Positions 20,299 through 30,254 of a stretch of 47,869 nucleotides of DNA are shown here, piece by piece; the stretch's first letter is position 1; each line of letters opens with the position of its first letter. The notes beneath the pieces were generated by a model, which was not told the origin of the DNA, made no database searches, and saw only the letters and a list, made by a program, of their open reading frames with translations. Source of the stretch: Nitrospiraceae bacterium (GTDB lineage Bacteria > Nitrospirota > Nitrospiria > Nitrospirales > UBA2166); assembly GCA_002726235.1 (NCBI GenBank), contig PBSN01000003.1:1-47869 (forward strand). The letters are read 5' to 3'. The position numbers were made by a program, and so were the translations under genes.

Positions 20299-20328
20299 AC
20301 GACATATCGGCATTGGCACGATATGTCG
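20299..20328. promoter_or_regulatory. Putative upstream activator sequence, tandem ACGA-N4-TCG
   Basis: CGACATATCG-N9-CGATATGTCG (also a perfect 10-bp inverted repeat), about 80 bp upstream of a -24/-12 promoter. Confidence 0.7.
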
Positions 20329-20406
20329 AAACTCGTATCGCTCAGCTGGAATAGCGCGTTTCCCAAAATTGCGCGGAAAACAGCTCATTTCTTGTGTGTA
20401 GGATGC

Positions 20407-20422
20407 TGGTATCGGCATTGCT
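20407..20422 (+). promoter_or_regulatory. Sigma-54 -24/-12 promoter of the STAS-BCKDH-icm operon
   Basis: TGGTATCGGCATTGCT (GG-N10-GC, TTGCT). Confidence 0.75.
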
Positions 20423-20504
20423 TTTCCTCTCCATGATGTGAGAAGCGGGTAGCTTCTGTATCTGAGAAAGAGCGTCTCCGTACGCGTTGTAGGCGGCGGG
20501 TAGC

Positions 20505-20792
20505 ATGTTGCGAGTTACAGCGAAAGGTAAAACAAAAAATGCTAACACTGTCCGCCTTGTTCTGGAGGGACAGCTTCGAGGGGACTGGTGTGCCATGCTT
20601 GAGCAGGTATGCCACGAGTTTCTCGGACAAGGTGTGGTAGTGACCATGGATATGTCTGGCGTGAGCTATGTCGATGACCGTGGCGTGAGATTGCTCAAAG
20701 AGCAACTAGCTAGTCGCACCACTATTATCGGGTGCAACATGTTTGTCCAGGCGCTCATTGAGCGTAAACCTGTTGTGGAACAGGAATATTAA
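20505..20792 (+). CDS. Stand-alone STAS-like domain protein
   Basis: 95 aa; LVLEGQLRG.W...L...VTMDMSGVSYVDDRGVRLL matches the STAS DLSxVxFxD pattern. Confidence 0.75.
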   Translation: MLRVTAKGKTKNANTVRLVLEGQLRGDWCAMLEQVCHEFLGQGVVVTMDMSGVSYVDDRGVRLLKEQLASRTTIIGCNMFVQALIERKPVVEQEY

Positions 20793-20840
20793 AAATTAAG
20801 AATCGGAAGAAGGTTAGTTTTGGTATGCGGAGGGGAAATC

Positions 20841-21899
20841 ATGGACAATTCGAAAGGATCAATCACGTTACCTCTAGCCACAGGAGAGGGCTCAGACGTT
20901 GGCGAAGCTCCTGTTGCTTGCCAGATCGGACAGGCGGACCTCCTTCACATGTATTACTACTTGTGTCTGACTCGAGTATTGGAAGACAGAATCACAACTC
21001 TGTATCGGCAAGGGGTAATTTTGGGTGGGGTGTATACGAGCAATGGCATGGAAGCGATTAGCGTTGGATATGCCTCTGCTCTGGAACGAGACGATGTCAT
21101 TGCCCCATACCATCGAGATATGGGTGCATTCCTAGTTCGTGGAATCACGCCATATGATGTAGTGACTCAATATTTAGGCAGACGGACAAGTCCCACCAAA
21201 GGCAAGGATGGCAATGTCCACATCGGAGATCTAAAACGAGGCATTGTCGCGTTTGTCAGTCACCTTGCGGATAATCTTCCAGTTGCCACTGGTGTAGCAC
21301 TCGCCTTCAAAATTCGTGAAGAGCCTCGTGTCGTTGCGACCAACACGGGGGATGGTGGAACGAGTCGGGGCGATTTCCATGAAGCTATGAATTTTGCCGC
21401 AGTACGCAAACTTCCCGTGGTCTTTTTCTGCAACAACAATCAATTTGCCTACTCAACTCCGTTGCAATGGCAGATGGCAATTCCCAACGTGGCGGATCGA
21501 GCGAAAGCATATGGGATGCCCAGTGAGATTGTGGATGGGAATAATGTGGCCACTGTATACCTAGCTGCTAAGCGGGCAGTTCACCGTGCTCGGAGCGGAG
21601 ATGGCCCGACCTTTATTGAGTGTAAGACGATGCGCATGCATGGGCACTCCGAGCACGACTCGGCCAAGTACGTTCCGAAGGAATTATTGGAGGAGTGGAA
21701 GAAGAAGGACCCGATCTTGAAGGCAGAGCAATTACTCCTGCAATGTGGCTATGCCGATGAAGCGTCGTTCTGCGATGTTAGGGAAAGGATCAGGGCAGAG
21801 GTCGAGGCTGCAGTAGAGTACGCCAAACAAAGCCCCCTCCCTGATGGAGCGGACGTGCACGAAGGTGTTTTTGCGAATGAGGGTGAGGTGCAACCATGA
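20841..21899 (+). CDS. TPP-dependent 2-oxoacid (probably branched-chain) dehydrogenase E1 alpha
   Basis: ATG at 20841 after [22 protein letters not shown]...[10 protein letters not shown] motif, RMHGHSEHD. Confidence 0.92.
   Translation: MDNSKGSITLPLATGEGSDVGEAPVACQIGQADLLHMYYYLCLTRVLEDRITTLYRQGVILGGVYTSNGMEAISVGYASALERDDVIAPYHRDMGAFLVRGITPYDVVTQYLGRRTSPTKGKDGNVHIGDLKRGIVAFVSHLADNLPVATGVALAFKIREEPRVVATNTGDGGTSRGDFHEAMNFAAVRKLPVVFFCNNNQFAYSTPLQWQMAIPNVADRAKAYGMPSEIVDGNNVATVYLAAKRAVHRARSGDGPTFIECKTMRMHGHSEHDSAKYVPKELLEEWKKKDPILKAEQLLLQCGYADEASFCDVRERIRAEVEAAVEYAKQSPLPDGADVHEGVFANEGEVQP
20933..20990. repeat. Right arm of 58-bp inverted repeat, inside the E1-alpha coding sequence
   Basis: Reverse complement of 20135-20192 with 2 mismatches. 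Confidence 0.95.
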
Positions 21900-22900
21900 C
21901 GATCGCTACGATCCAACCTAGTGTGCAACACGACGTGACCTATCTGGAGGCGATTTCCCAAGCCCTTGACGATGAAATGGCGCGTGATAAACGGGTTTTC
22001 CTTATGGGTGAGGACATTGGCCGTTATGGGGGAGCCTTCGGGATCACCGAGGGGCTCCAAGAAAAGTATGGCGAGTGGNGGGTTCTAGATACACCACTCT
22101 CTGAATCCGGGTTTGTCGGAGCTGGTATAGGTGCGGCAATGATGGGGATGCGACCTGTGGTTGAGATGCAGTTCGCTGACTTTATTTCGTGCGCCTTCGA
22201 CCAGATCACGGAAGTGGCGGCAAAAAATCATTACCGATGGGGAGCAGCAGTACCGCTAGTGATCCGGGCGCCTTTTGGAGGCGGAGTGCACGGTGGNCCG
22301 TTCCATTCCGAGTGCCCTGAAGCTTGGTTCTTTCATTCCCCAGGCCTCAAGATCGTGGCCCCTTCAACTCCCTACGATGCAAAAGGCTTATTAAAAGCGG
22401 CTATTCGTGATCCTAACCCTGTCATTTATTTCGAACACAAGTTTCTCTACCGGCGTATCAAAGCGGAAGTGCCGAAGGGAGAGTATCTCGTCCCCATTGG
22501 TCAAGCCAATTGCAAGCGAACGGGGAATGATATTTCGGTGATCACCTATGGCGCAATGGTACACGAGGCCTTGAAGGCTGCCGTGCTCTTGGCTGAAGAA
22601 GGGATTGATCTTGAAGTCATCGATCTCCGGACGTTGATCCCACTGGACAAAGAGACAATTTTTCAGTCGGTACGTAAAACCAGCAAGGCGATCATGCTCC
22701 ATGAAGACAACCGGACTGGCGGGATTGGCGCTGAGATTTCCGCACAGTTGGCTGAGGAATGTTTCGACTGTCTGGACGGGCCCATTATGCGACTTGCCGC
22801 ACCAGATACCCCTGTTCCCTTCAGCGCGCCGTTGGAAGAGTATTTTCTTCCCAGTGCAACTGACGTTGTCGATGCAGCTCGGAAGTTGGCGGCATATTGA
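21896..22900 (+). CDS. 2-oxoacid dehydrogenase E1 beta
   Basis: [44 protein letters not shown]. Confidence 0.95.
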   Translation: MTIATIQPSVQHDVTYLEAISQALDDEMARDKRVFLMGEDIGRYGGAFGITEGLQEKYGEWXVLDTPLSESGFVGAGIGAAMMGMRPVVEMQFADFISCAFDQITEVAAKNHYRWGAAVPLVIRAPFGGGVHGXPFHSECPEAWFFHSPGLKIVAPSTPYDAKGLLKAAIRDPNPVIYFEHKFLYRRIKAEVPKGEYLVPIGQANCKRTGNDISVITYGAMVHEALKAAVLLAEEGIDLEVIDLRTLIPLDKETIFQSVRKTSKAIMLHEDNRTGGIGAEISAQLAEECFDCLDGPIMRLAAPDTPVPFSAPLEEYFLPSATDVVDAARKLAAY

Positions 22901-22933
22901 TTGAAAGAGTGGATGATGGGTAAGGAGGAAGTC

Positions 22934-24109
22934 TTGGCTATAGACATCATCATGCCTCATCTTGGGGAAAGCGTCGCTGAGGGCACAATCATCGCATGGT
23001 TGATTCCTCAAGGTGCCCGTGTTGGAAAAGACCAGATGCTTCTGGAGGTTGAAACCGACAAAGTGGCGTTAGAGATTCCCTCACCCGAGAGTGGAGTCGT
23101 GGACGAGATTTTCGTTCAGGAAGGACAGACCGTGCCGGTAGGCACTCTGCTGGCTCGATTAGGGGCTGAGGAGGCATCGACTGAAGTCGTGAATCGTGCG
23201 GGCGGAATGATTGTTCGTCCTACGACTCCCCCGGAAAGTGCTTTGGATCGCTATTCACCAGCCGTGCGGCAATTCGCAAGAAAACATGAGGTCAACCTCT
23301 CGCTAGTGAAAGGAACCGGCGTTGGGGGCCGGATAACCAAGAAAAATGTCATGGGGTTCATAGCCAAACGCCAAAAGGAGGAATCAATTAGCACAGCAGG
23401 TCATCAAGAGGCATCTCCAATGATTCCAATTCGGACTTTGCCAATCGACGATAAAGTTCTTCCTTTGACGACCATGCGACAAACCATTGCTGAGCGGATG
23501 GTCAGAAGTCGGCAGACGTCGGCCCACGTCGTTACCTTTTTCGAGGTGGACTTCTCGGAAATCACCAAAGTGCGTGTAACCCATGAACTGACCTACCTCC
23601 CCTTTGTCATCACAGCTGTGACGCGCTCCCTAAGAGATGTCCCAATGTGCAATGCATCGTGGGGAGAGTCAGGCATCATCATGAAACAAGCGATTCATAT
23701 TGGAATTGCCGTCGCTCTGGACGAGGGTTTGTTAGTGCCTGTCATCAGGAACGCAGATCAAAAAGGTCTCAAATTGCTTGCGAATGAAATTGCCGATCTG
23801 GCCGAGCGCGCCAGAACCAAACAGTTGTATCCAGAAGAAGTTCAAGGTGGAACGTTTTCAATTACTAACCACGGAGGATTCGGGAGTCTGTTCAGCACGC
23901 CGATCATCAATCAGCCCCAAACCGCCATTCTGGGGGTAGGGGCGGTGCAGAAGCGCACGGCTGTGATCGATGATGCTATTGCCATCCGGCCGATATGTTA
24001 CTTGAGCTTTTCATTCGATCATCGAGTCATTGACGGTGCAACGGCAGATCAGTTCATGTCCAGGGTGAAAACCAATCTCGAGCACAGTGATTGGGAAACG
24101 TTGCTATGA
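22934..24109 (+). CDS. Dihydrolipoamide acyltransferase E2
   Basis: Probable TTG start after AAGGAGG; lipoyl ETDKV, E3-binding GTGVGGRITK, catalytic DHRVIDG. Confidence 0.93.
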   Translation: MAIDIIMPHLGESVAEGTIIAWLIPQGARVGKDQMLLEVETDKVALEIPSPESGVVDEIFVQEGQTVPVGTLLARLGAEEASTEVVNRAGGMIVRPTTPPESALDRYSPAVRQFARKHEVNLSLVKGTGVGGRITKKNVMGFIAKRQKEESISTAGHQEASPMIPIRTLPIDDKVLPLTTMRQTIAERMVRSRQTSAHVVTFFEVDFSEITKVRVTHELTYLPFVITAVTRSLRDVPMCNASWGESGIIMKQAIHIGIAVALDEGLLVPVIRNADQKGLKLLANEIADLAERARTKQLYPEEVQGGTFSITNHGGFGSLFSTPIINQPQTAILGVGAVQKRTAVIDDAIAIRPICYLSFSFDHRVIDGATADQFMSRVKTNLEHSDWETLL

Positions 24110-25293
24110 CCAGCAAGCGCGACGCCGTGATTGTGAGTGCAGCACGGACGCCGATTGGAAGTTTCAATGGCATCCTCAGCCAGACTTCTGCGACAACGCT
24201 TGGAAGTGCCGCGATTGCGGAGGCATTGAGACGCATTGACCTTCCTGGCAATCGCGTCGATGACGTGTACATGGGTTGCGTCCTTACCGCTGGTCTTGGA
24301 CAGGCTCCCGCTAGGCAAGCGGCCATCGGTGCTCAGATTCCGCACTCTGTGGGTGCGACGACGGTCAATAAAGTCTGTGGATCAAGCCTTATGACCGTCA
24401 TCATGGCTGTGCAGGCGATTGCGATTGGTCATGCAAACATCGTCGTTGCCGGTGGGATGGAAAGTATGACCCGTGCTCCCTATCTTCTCGAACGAGCCAG
24501 GCAGGGATATCGCCTTGGCCATGCCGAGCTCATAGACAGTTTGGTTAGGGACGGACTGTGGGATGTTTACAACGATTTTCATATGGGAAGCGCCGGAGAG
24601 CTTTGCGTGACCAAATACGGCCTGACGCGAACAGAACTCGATAACTTCGCCATCGAAAGTTATCGACGCGCGAATACTGCAATCTCATCAGGGGAGTTCA
24701 AAAATGAGGTCGTTGCAGTCGAGGTGTCACAGCGCAAAGGAGGGCCTCTCATGGTGAGGGAAGATGAGGAACCTACGCGCGTGGACCCTGTTAAGCTCCG
24801 TGCCCTCCCCCCCATCTTCAAAGAAGACGGTCTGCTCACGGTAGGCAATTCGCCGTCCTGCAACGATGGAGCTGCAGCATTGGTCATCATGGCATCAGAT
24901 CAGGCGGAATTGTTGGGATTGGTACCGATGGCTAGAGTTGTTGGGTATGCCGGGGCTGCATTGGCCCCGGAATGGTTTACGATTGCACCGGTGGAGGCAA
25001 TCCAGAGAGTGTTGAAAAAAACCGGTCTCTCTGTGCCAGACATCGATCTATTCGAAATCAACGAGGCATTCGCCGCAGTGCCTTTGGCTGTGAATCGCGA
25101 GCTTGGACTTGATCATGCGAAGGTCAACGTGAACGGTGGTGCCGTGGCACTTGGCCATCCAATTGGCGCGACAGGCGCGCGCATTCTCACAACACTTCTG
25201 CATGCTATGGAATCGCGGGGAGATCGTCGAGGAATCGCGAGTCTCTGTATCGGTGGAGGTGAGGCATTGGCGGTGGTCGTCGAACGTGTGTAG
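24106..25293 (+). CDS. Acetyl-CoA C-acetyltransferase (thiolase)
   Basis: NKVCGS catalytic Cys, [22 protein letters not shown]. Confidence 0.95.
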   Translation: MTSKRDAVIVSAARTPIGSFNGILSQTSATTLGSAAIAEALRRIDLPGNRVDDVYMGCVLTAGLGQAPARQAAIGAQIPHSVGATTVNKVCGSSLMTVIMAVQAIAIGHANIVVAGGMESMTRAPYLLERARQGYRLGHAELIDSLVRDGLWDVYNDFHMGSAGELCVTKYGLTRTELDNFAIESYRRANTAISSGEFKNEVVAVEVSQRKGGPLMVREDEEPTRVDPVKLRALPPIFKEDGLLTVGNSPSCNDGAAALVIMASDQAELLGLVPMARVVGYAGAALAPEWFTIAPVEAIQRVLKKTGLSVPDIDLFEINEAFAAVPLAVNRELGLDHAKVNVNGGAVALGHPIGATGARILTTLLHAMESRGDRRGIASLCIGGGEALAVVVERV

Positions 25294-25325
25294 GACCTTA
25301 CGCTTTCACGTCAGTGGTACGAGTG

Positions 25326-26225
25326 ATGACAATTGATGACATTCAATGCATTGGAGTTGTTGGCACGGGCCAAATGGGTTGTGGAATTGCTAATGTTGTC
25401 GCCATGAGCGGGTGGGATGTTCTCCTGCTGGACGTCAGTTCTGCCATCGTGAAGGTAGCATTGGAAAGAATTAAGGCGGACCTTGAACGTGCTGTTACGA
25501 AAGGCATCCTCCATCCTGGCCACGTTGCGCCTTGCGTCGCCCGTCTTCACCCAATTGGGCGCATTGAAGAACTTGCGGAGGCCCAATTTGTAATTGAGGC
25601 AACTCCAGAAGATTCCGAACTCAAAACAGACCTCTTTCGGCAAATGGGTGTGTGTTGCAAACCGGAAACCATTTTGGCAAGTAACACCTCCTCCATCTCA
25701 ATCACCTTGTTGGGGAAAGCAGCGGAGCGGCCTGATTGCGTCGTTGGCATTCACTTCATGAACCCAGCTCCAGTGATGCGGCTTGTCGAGATTGTACGGG
25801 GGCTAGAGACCTCACAGGAGACGGTTGCAAGGGCAACGGGGCTTGTGATGCGAATGGGGAAAACTCCTGTGATCTGTATCGACACACCTGGATTCATTGT
25901 TAACCGGCTCTTGATCCCCATGATCAATGAGGCCATTTGTCTCCTACAGGAGCGACAAGGGGAGTCGGATAGCGAGAGAACGCCGGAGGCTATTGATTTA
26001 GCCATGACTGCTGGCGCGAACCACCCGCAGGGCCCCCTTGCTCTTGCTGACAGGATTGGCCTCGACACTGTCCTTGCAATCTGCGAGGTTCTTCATCATG
26101 ACTTGGGTGATTCCAAATTCAGTCCTAATCCGTTGCTCCGAAAATATGTAGAAGCTGGGTGGTTGGGGCGTAAAAGCGGTCGAGGGTTTTATGTGTATCC
26201 CCCGCGATTAGCCATCGGAATTTAG
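25326..26225 (+). CDS. hbd: 3-hydroxybutyryl-CoA dehydrogenase
   Basis: GTGQMGCGIA, ASNTSSISIT, GIHFMNP, PGFIVNR, LGRKSGRGFY. Confidence 0.9.
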   Translation: MTIDDIQCIGVVGTGQMGCGIANVVAMSGWDVLLLDVSSAIVKVALERIKADLERAVTKGILHPGHVAPCVARLHPIGRIEELAEAQFVIEATPEDSELKTDLFRQMGVCCKPETILASNTSSISITLLGKAAERPDCVVGIHFMNPAPVMRLVEIVRGLETSQETVARATGLVMRMGKTPVICIDTPGFIVNRLLIPMINEAICLLQERQGESDSERTPEAIDLAMTAGANHPQGPLALADRIGLDTVLAICEVLHHDLGDSKFSPNPLLRKYVEAGWLGRKSGRGFYVYPPRLAIGI

Positions 26226-26270
26226 CTAGTCGTAGAAACTCTAGAGCTGATTGTTCAAAGGGTTTATGCA

Positions 26271-27422
26271 GTGGATTTCGAGCTGACCAAAGAACAGAAG
26301 ACCCTTCACGACATGATCCGCGATTTTGTTGCGAAGGAGATCGCTCCACACGCTCAGACTTTTGATGAACAAGGTGCGATATCAAAGGATCTGTTGGAGA
26401 AGATGGCAAAACTTGGCCTGATGGGAATCTGCGTCCCTTCAGAGTATGGCGGGGCAGGGATGGATTATCTGGCCTACGTCATCGTCTTAGAAGAAGTTTG
26501 CAAAGCCTCCGCGAGTGTAGGTTTGGCCATGACCGTGAACAATACGCTCTACGGCGATCCTCTCATGCGTTTTGGATCTCATGAACAAAAGCTTCGGTGG
26601 CTGGCCCCAGCCGCCAAGGGAGAGCGTTTGGGATGCTATGCCCTCACTGAGTCAGGTTCCGGATCGGATGCGATGGCGTTGGGTACCTCAGCGATTCAGG
26701 GTGACGATGGATTTGTTCTCAATGGGACGAAGCTGTTTATTACAAACGGTGAGATTTCCTCACAGGCAATCGTTTTCGCCACTATGGACAAGAGCAAGAG
26801 CCACAAAGGGATTACGGCCTTCCTTGTGGACAAGGCTACTCCAGGCTTCTCGGTAGGAAAGAAGGAACGAAAGATGGGACTGCTCGCCTCTGATACCTGT
26901 GAGCTGATTCTGGAGAATGTATCTGTTCATTCAGAGCAGGTTTTGGGCAATGTAGGCGAGGGCTACAGGGTCGCATTCTCGACGTTGGATGCGGGGCGAA
27001 TTGGGATTGCAGCGCAGGCGTTGGGCATCGCCCAAGCTTGTCTCGATGCCGCGATCCCCTACGCCAAGCGGCGCTATCAATTTGGTAAGCCAATCGCAGA
27101 ATTTCAAGCGATCCAGTGGAAATTGGCTGACATGGCTACGGAGATCGAAGCGGCACGCCTGCTTACCTATCGAGCCGCAGTGGTCAAAACAACCGGCCAG
27201 CAACGCTTCACTCGTGAGGCCTCAATGGCCAAGCTCTACGCCTCCGAGATGGTCAATCGGGTGGCTTCACACGCGATTCAGGTTTTCGGGGGGGCTGGCT
27301 ATATGAAGGACCATCCTGTCGAGCGATACTTCAGAGATGCCAGAGCCATCCCACTCTATGAAGGGACGTCTGAGATACAGCGCCTCGTCATCGCGCGAGA
27401 CCTTCTGAGAGAGGTGAAGTAA
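26271..27422 (+). CDS. Short/branched-chain acyl-CoA dehydrogenase
   Basis: YALTESGSGSDA, GTKLFITNG, RYQFGKPIAEFQ, LYEGTSEIQRLVIAR. Confidence 0.93.
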   Translation: MDFELTKEQKTLHDMIRDFVAKEIAPHAQTFDEQGAISKDLLEKMAKLGLMGICVPSEYGGAGMDYLAYVIVLEEVCKASASVGLAMTVNNTLYGDPLMRFGSHEQKLRWLAPAAKGERLGCYALTESGSGSDAMALGTSAIQGDDGFVLNGTKLFITNGEISSQAIVFATMDKSKSHKGITAFLVDKATPGFSVGKKERKMGLLASDTCELILENVSVHSEQVLGNVGEGYRVAFSTLDAGRIGIAAQALGIAQACLDAAIPYAKRRYQFGKPIAEFQAIQWKLADMATEIEAARLLTYRAAVVKTTGQQRFTREASMAKLYASEMVNRVASHAIQVFGGAGYMKDHPVERYFRDARAIPLYEGTSEIQRLVIARDLLREVK

Positions 27423-29017
27423 TGCAAGAGTGCCCTTCGAGAGTTACATCTCTATCTGGGTTGGAAATTGATCAAGTGTATTCAACCGATGTCCTCAAGG
27501 GCTGGGCCGCCGACACAGACCTCGGAAACCCAGGCGCATTTCCGTATACCCGTGGGCTCTATTCGGCTATGTATCGGCGTCGACTGTGGACAATGCGCCA
27601 ATTCGCCGGATTCGGTACGGCTAACGATACCAACCGCCGAATGAAGTATCTCCTCAAACACGGCCAAACCGGTCTCAGTGTCGCCTTTGACATGCCCACA
27701 CTCATGGGCTTGGATGCAGATGATTCCCTCGCACGCGGTGAAGTAGGACGCTGTGGTGTGACAATCTCATCTTTGAGCGACATGGAATCTCTTTTTGAGA
27801 ACATCCCGTTGGACAAAATCACCACGTCGATGACCATCAATGGGCCTGCCGCCATCATATTTGCCATGTACCTCGCAGTGGCGGAGCGACGCGGAATTCC
27901 GTTTGAGCGACTTGGGGGCACACTTCAGAACGATATTCTCAAAGAATATATTGCTCAGAAAGAGTGGCTGTTCGCACCAGAACCGCACATTCGGTTAATC
28001 ACCAATACGATTGCCTATTGTGCTCAACATGTTTGGAAGTGGCATCCGGTCAGTATCAGTGGTTACCACATTCGCGAGGCCGGATCGACAGCAGTTCAGG
28101 AATTGGCGTTTACTCTCTACAACGGGCTCACATATGTGGATGCTACGGTCAATGCCGGCCTTGCCGTGGATGCTTTCGCTCCTCAGCTTTCATTTTTCTT
28201 CAACGTTCACAACGATTTTTTTGAAGAAATAGCGAAGTTCAGAGCAGCTCGTCGATTGTGGGCACGTGAGATAGAGCGACGCTACCATCCGAAGGATCCG
28301 CGCTCTCTCCAGCTCCGTTGCCACGCCCAGACTGCCGGGTGTTCCCTTACGGCGCAACAGCCGATGAACAACGTGGTGAGGGTCAGCCTCCAAGCGCTCG
28401 CCGCGGTGTTGAGTGGGACCCAATCTCTCCACACGAATTCTCTGGATGAGACGCTAGCGTTGCCGACCGAAGGAGCAGTGAAGTTGGCACTTCGGACGCA
28501 GCAGATTATTGCCAATGAGAGTCATGTCATCAACACCGTGGACCCTCTCGGCGGCTCCTACTATATCGAATCGTTAACCAATCGCATGGAAGCAGGGGCC
28601 CGTGAGTACTTCAAGAAGATTGATGACATTGGTGGGATGGTAAAGGCCATCGAACGCGGCTTTCCACAACGGGAAATTTTCGAGGCCTCACATCGATATC
28701 AACAGGAAGTGGAGCAGAACGAACGAAGCATTGTCGGGGTCAACGCATTCGTTGACGATGTGCCATGCTCGGTCCCGACCCTCAAGATTCACCCTGAGGT
28801 GGAATTGGAACAGGTGACGCGTCTTTCTGAGTTGCGAAAAAGCCGAGACGCCGTGCGAGTTGCTGACACCCTGCGGAAGTTGCACAAAGCTGCGATCACG
28901 TCTGAGAATCTGATGCCCTATCTCATCGACGCGGTCAAATCCTATGCGACTCTGGGCGAGATCTGCGGAAGGCTCAAGGAGGTGTTCGGGACGTATTCCG
29001 AACCGATTGTACTGTGA
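27422..29017 (+). CDS. icmA: Acyl-CoA mutase large subunit, isobutyryl-CoA mutase type
   Basis: WTMRQFAGFG (Phe, where MCM has Tyr), QNDILKEYIAQKEW, SISGYHIREAG; no B12-binding domain. Confidence 0.85.
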   Translation: MQECPSRVTSLSGLEIDQVYSTDVLKGWAADTDLGNPGAFPYTRGLYSAMYRRRLWTMRQFAGFGTANDTNRRMKYLLKHGQTGLSVAFDMPTLMGLDADDSLARGEVGRCGVTISSLSDMESLFENIPLDKITTSMTINGPAAIIFAMYLAVAERRGIPFERLGGTLQNDILKEYIAQKEWLFAPEPHIRLITNTIAYCAQHVWKWHPVSISGYHIREAGSTAVQELAFTLYNGLTYVDATVNAGLAVDAFAPQLSFFFNVHNDFFEEIAKFRAARRLWAREIERRYHPKDPRSLQLRCHAQTAGCSLTAQQPMNNVVRVSLQALAAVLSGTQSLHTNSLDETLALPTEGAVKLALRTQQIIANESHVINTVDPLGGSYYIESLTNRMEAGAREYFKKIDDIGGMVKAIERGFPQREIFEASHRYQQEVEQNERSIVGVNAFVDDVPCSVPTLKIHPEVELEQVTRLSELRKSRDAVRVADTLRKLHKAAITSENLMPYLIDAVKSYATLGEICGRLKEVFGTYSEPIVL

Positions 29018-29856
29018 GACTTGGTGCATTTGACATTCATCCGGTCACGGATGGTCGATTTCGCCTCGATGGCGGAGCCATGTTCGGGACCGTGCCACGG
29101 GTGTTGTGGGAGCAATTCTGTCCAGCCGATGACCGGCACCGCATTCAGTTAAGTGTGACGCCTTTGCTCATCAAAGCCAATGGGAAAAACATTCTCGTGG
29201 ATACTGGCTTGGGGGATAAAGACGATGCGAAATTTCAAGAAATGTTTGCGGTGGATCGGGTTCCTCCTCTCTATGAATCGTTGAGCCGATTGGATCTTAC
29301 TCCCGAGGACATTGACATTGTCATTAATACGCATTTGCATTTCGATCATGCCGGAGGAAACACTGTAGAGGGCCAGAATTCTGGCATCGTTTCTGCCTTC
29401 CCGAAGGCTACCTATTGTGTCCAACGTGGAGAGTATGACGATGCGATTCAGGCCAACGAACGGACCAGGGCGAGCTACCGGCAGCAGAACTTTGTTCCGG
29501 TTACCCAAATGAATCAATGGGCATTGCTGGACGGCAATACCGAATTGTTACCAGGGATCTCGGTTGTTGTGACTCAGGGACACACCACTCATCACCAGAG
29601 TGTGAAGATTGAGTCGGAAGGACGCATCGCCTTTTACCTTGGAGATCTAATTCCGACCGTCTCTCATCTGCCGCTTTCGCACATTATGGGCTATGACCTC
29701 TTTCCTTTGCAGACATTAGAGACTAAGCGATGGGTTCTTGATCGCGCGTTTGAGGAAACTTGGCTCATGGTTTTCGATCACGATCCGCATGTCCAAATAG
29801 GCTATGTGCGTAAAGATGGCGATGGGAAACTTAGGTTCGAAGAGGCAAAGGAATGA
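29014..29856 (+). CDS. MBL-fold metallo-hydrolase (YtnP-like)
   Basis: [28 protein letters not shown]. Confidence 0.9.
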   Translation: MRLGAFDIHPVTDGRFRLDGGAMFGTVPRVLWEQFCPADDRHRIQLSVTPLLIKANGKNILVDTGLGDKDDAKFQEMFAVDRVPPLYESLSRLDLTPEDIDIVINTHLHFDHAGGNTVEGQNSGIVSAFPKATYCVQRGEYDDAIQANERTRASYRQQNFVPVTQMNQWALLDGNTELLPGISVVVTQGHTTHHQSVKIESEGRIAFYLGDLIPTVSHLPLSHIMGYDLFPLQTLETKRWVLDRAFEETWLMVFDHDPHVQIGYVRKDGDGKLRFEEAKE

Positions 29857-30254
29857 CCGTGGCAACGCTACCTCTTCGCGTATTGCTTGGAAAGGTTGGT
29901 CTGGACGGGCATGACCGAGGGATCAAGTTGGTCGTCCGGGCACTCCGCGATGCCGGCATGGAAATTATTTATTGTGGTCTGCACCAGACTCCGGAAGAGG
30001 TTGTGGCGACGGCCATTCAGGAAGACGTGCAGGTAATCGGCCTGAGCCTGTTGTCTGGTGCCCATCACTACCTTTTGCCACGCGTGCTGGCCCTCTTGAA
30101 AGAACAGGGCGCGGACGACATTGCGGTCATCGCAGGAGGCATCATTCCAGATGAGGATATCCCGATGCTCAAGAACGCCGGCATACGCATGATCTTCCAA
30201 CCTGGGACACCTATGAGTGAGATCGTCGATTCGGTGAAAGGGCTCAAGGAATGA
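29853..30254 (+). CDS. icmB: Cobalamin-binding small subunit of acyl-CoA mutase
   Basis: [10 protein letters not shown] (DxHxxG), [14 protein letters not shown]. Confidence 0.88.
   Translation: MTVATLPLRVLLGKVGLDGHDRGIKLVVRALRDAGMEIIYCGLHQTPEEVVATAIQEDVQVIGLSLLSGAHHYLLPRVLALLKEQGADDIAVIAGGIIPDEDIPMLKNAGIRMIFQPGTPMSEIVDSVKGLKE

Noticed and set aside
20314..20328. TGGCACG perfect -24 element
   Set aside because: No GC at -12 (it reads CG); the sequence is part of the activator palindrome. The same applies to TGGCACG at 47552.
4173..22297. Isolated N bases (4173, 5672, 16117, 18024, 18261, 22079, 22297)
   Set aside because: Single ambiguous calls that keep the frame; they reflect consensus ambiguity and not a feature, though they caution about homopolymer accuracy.
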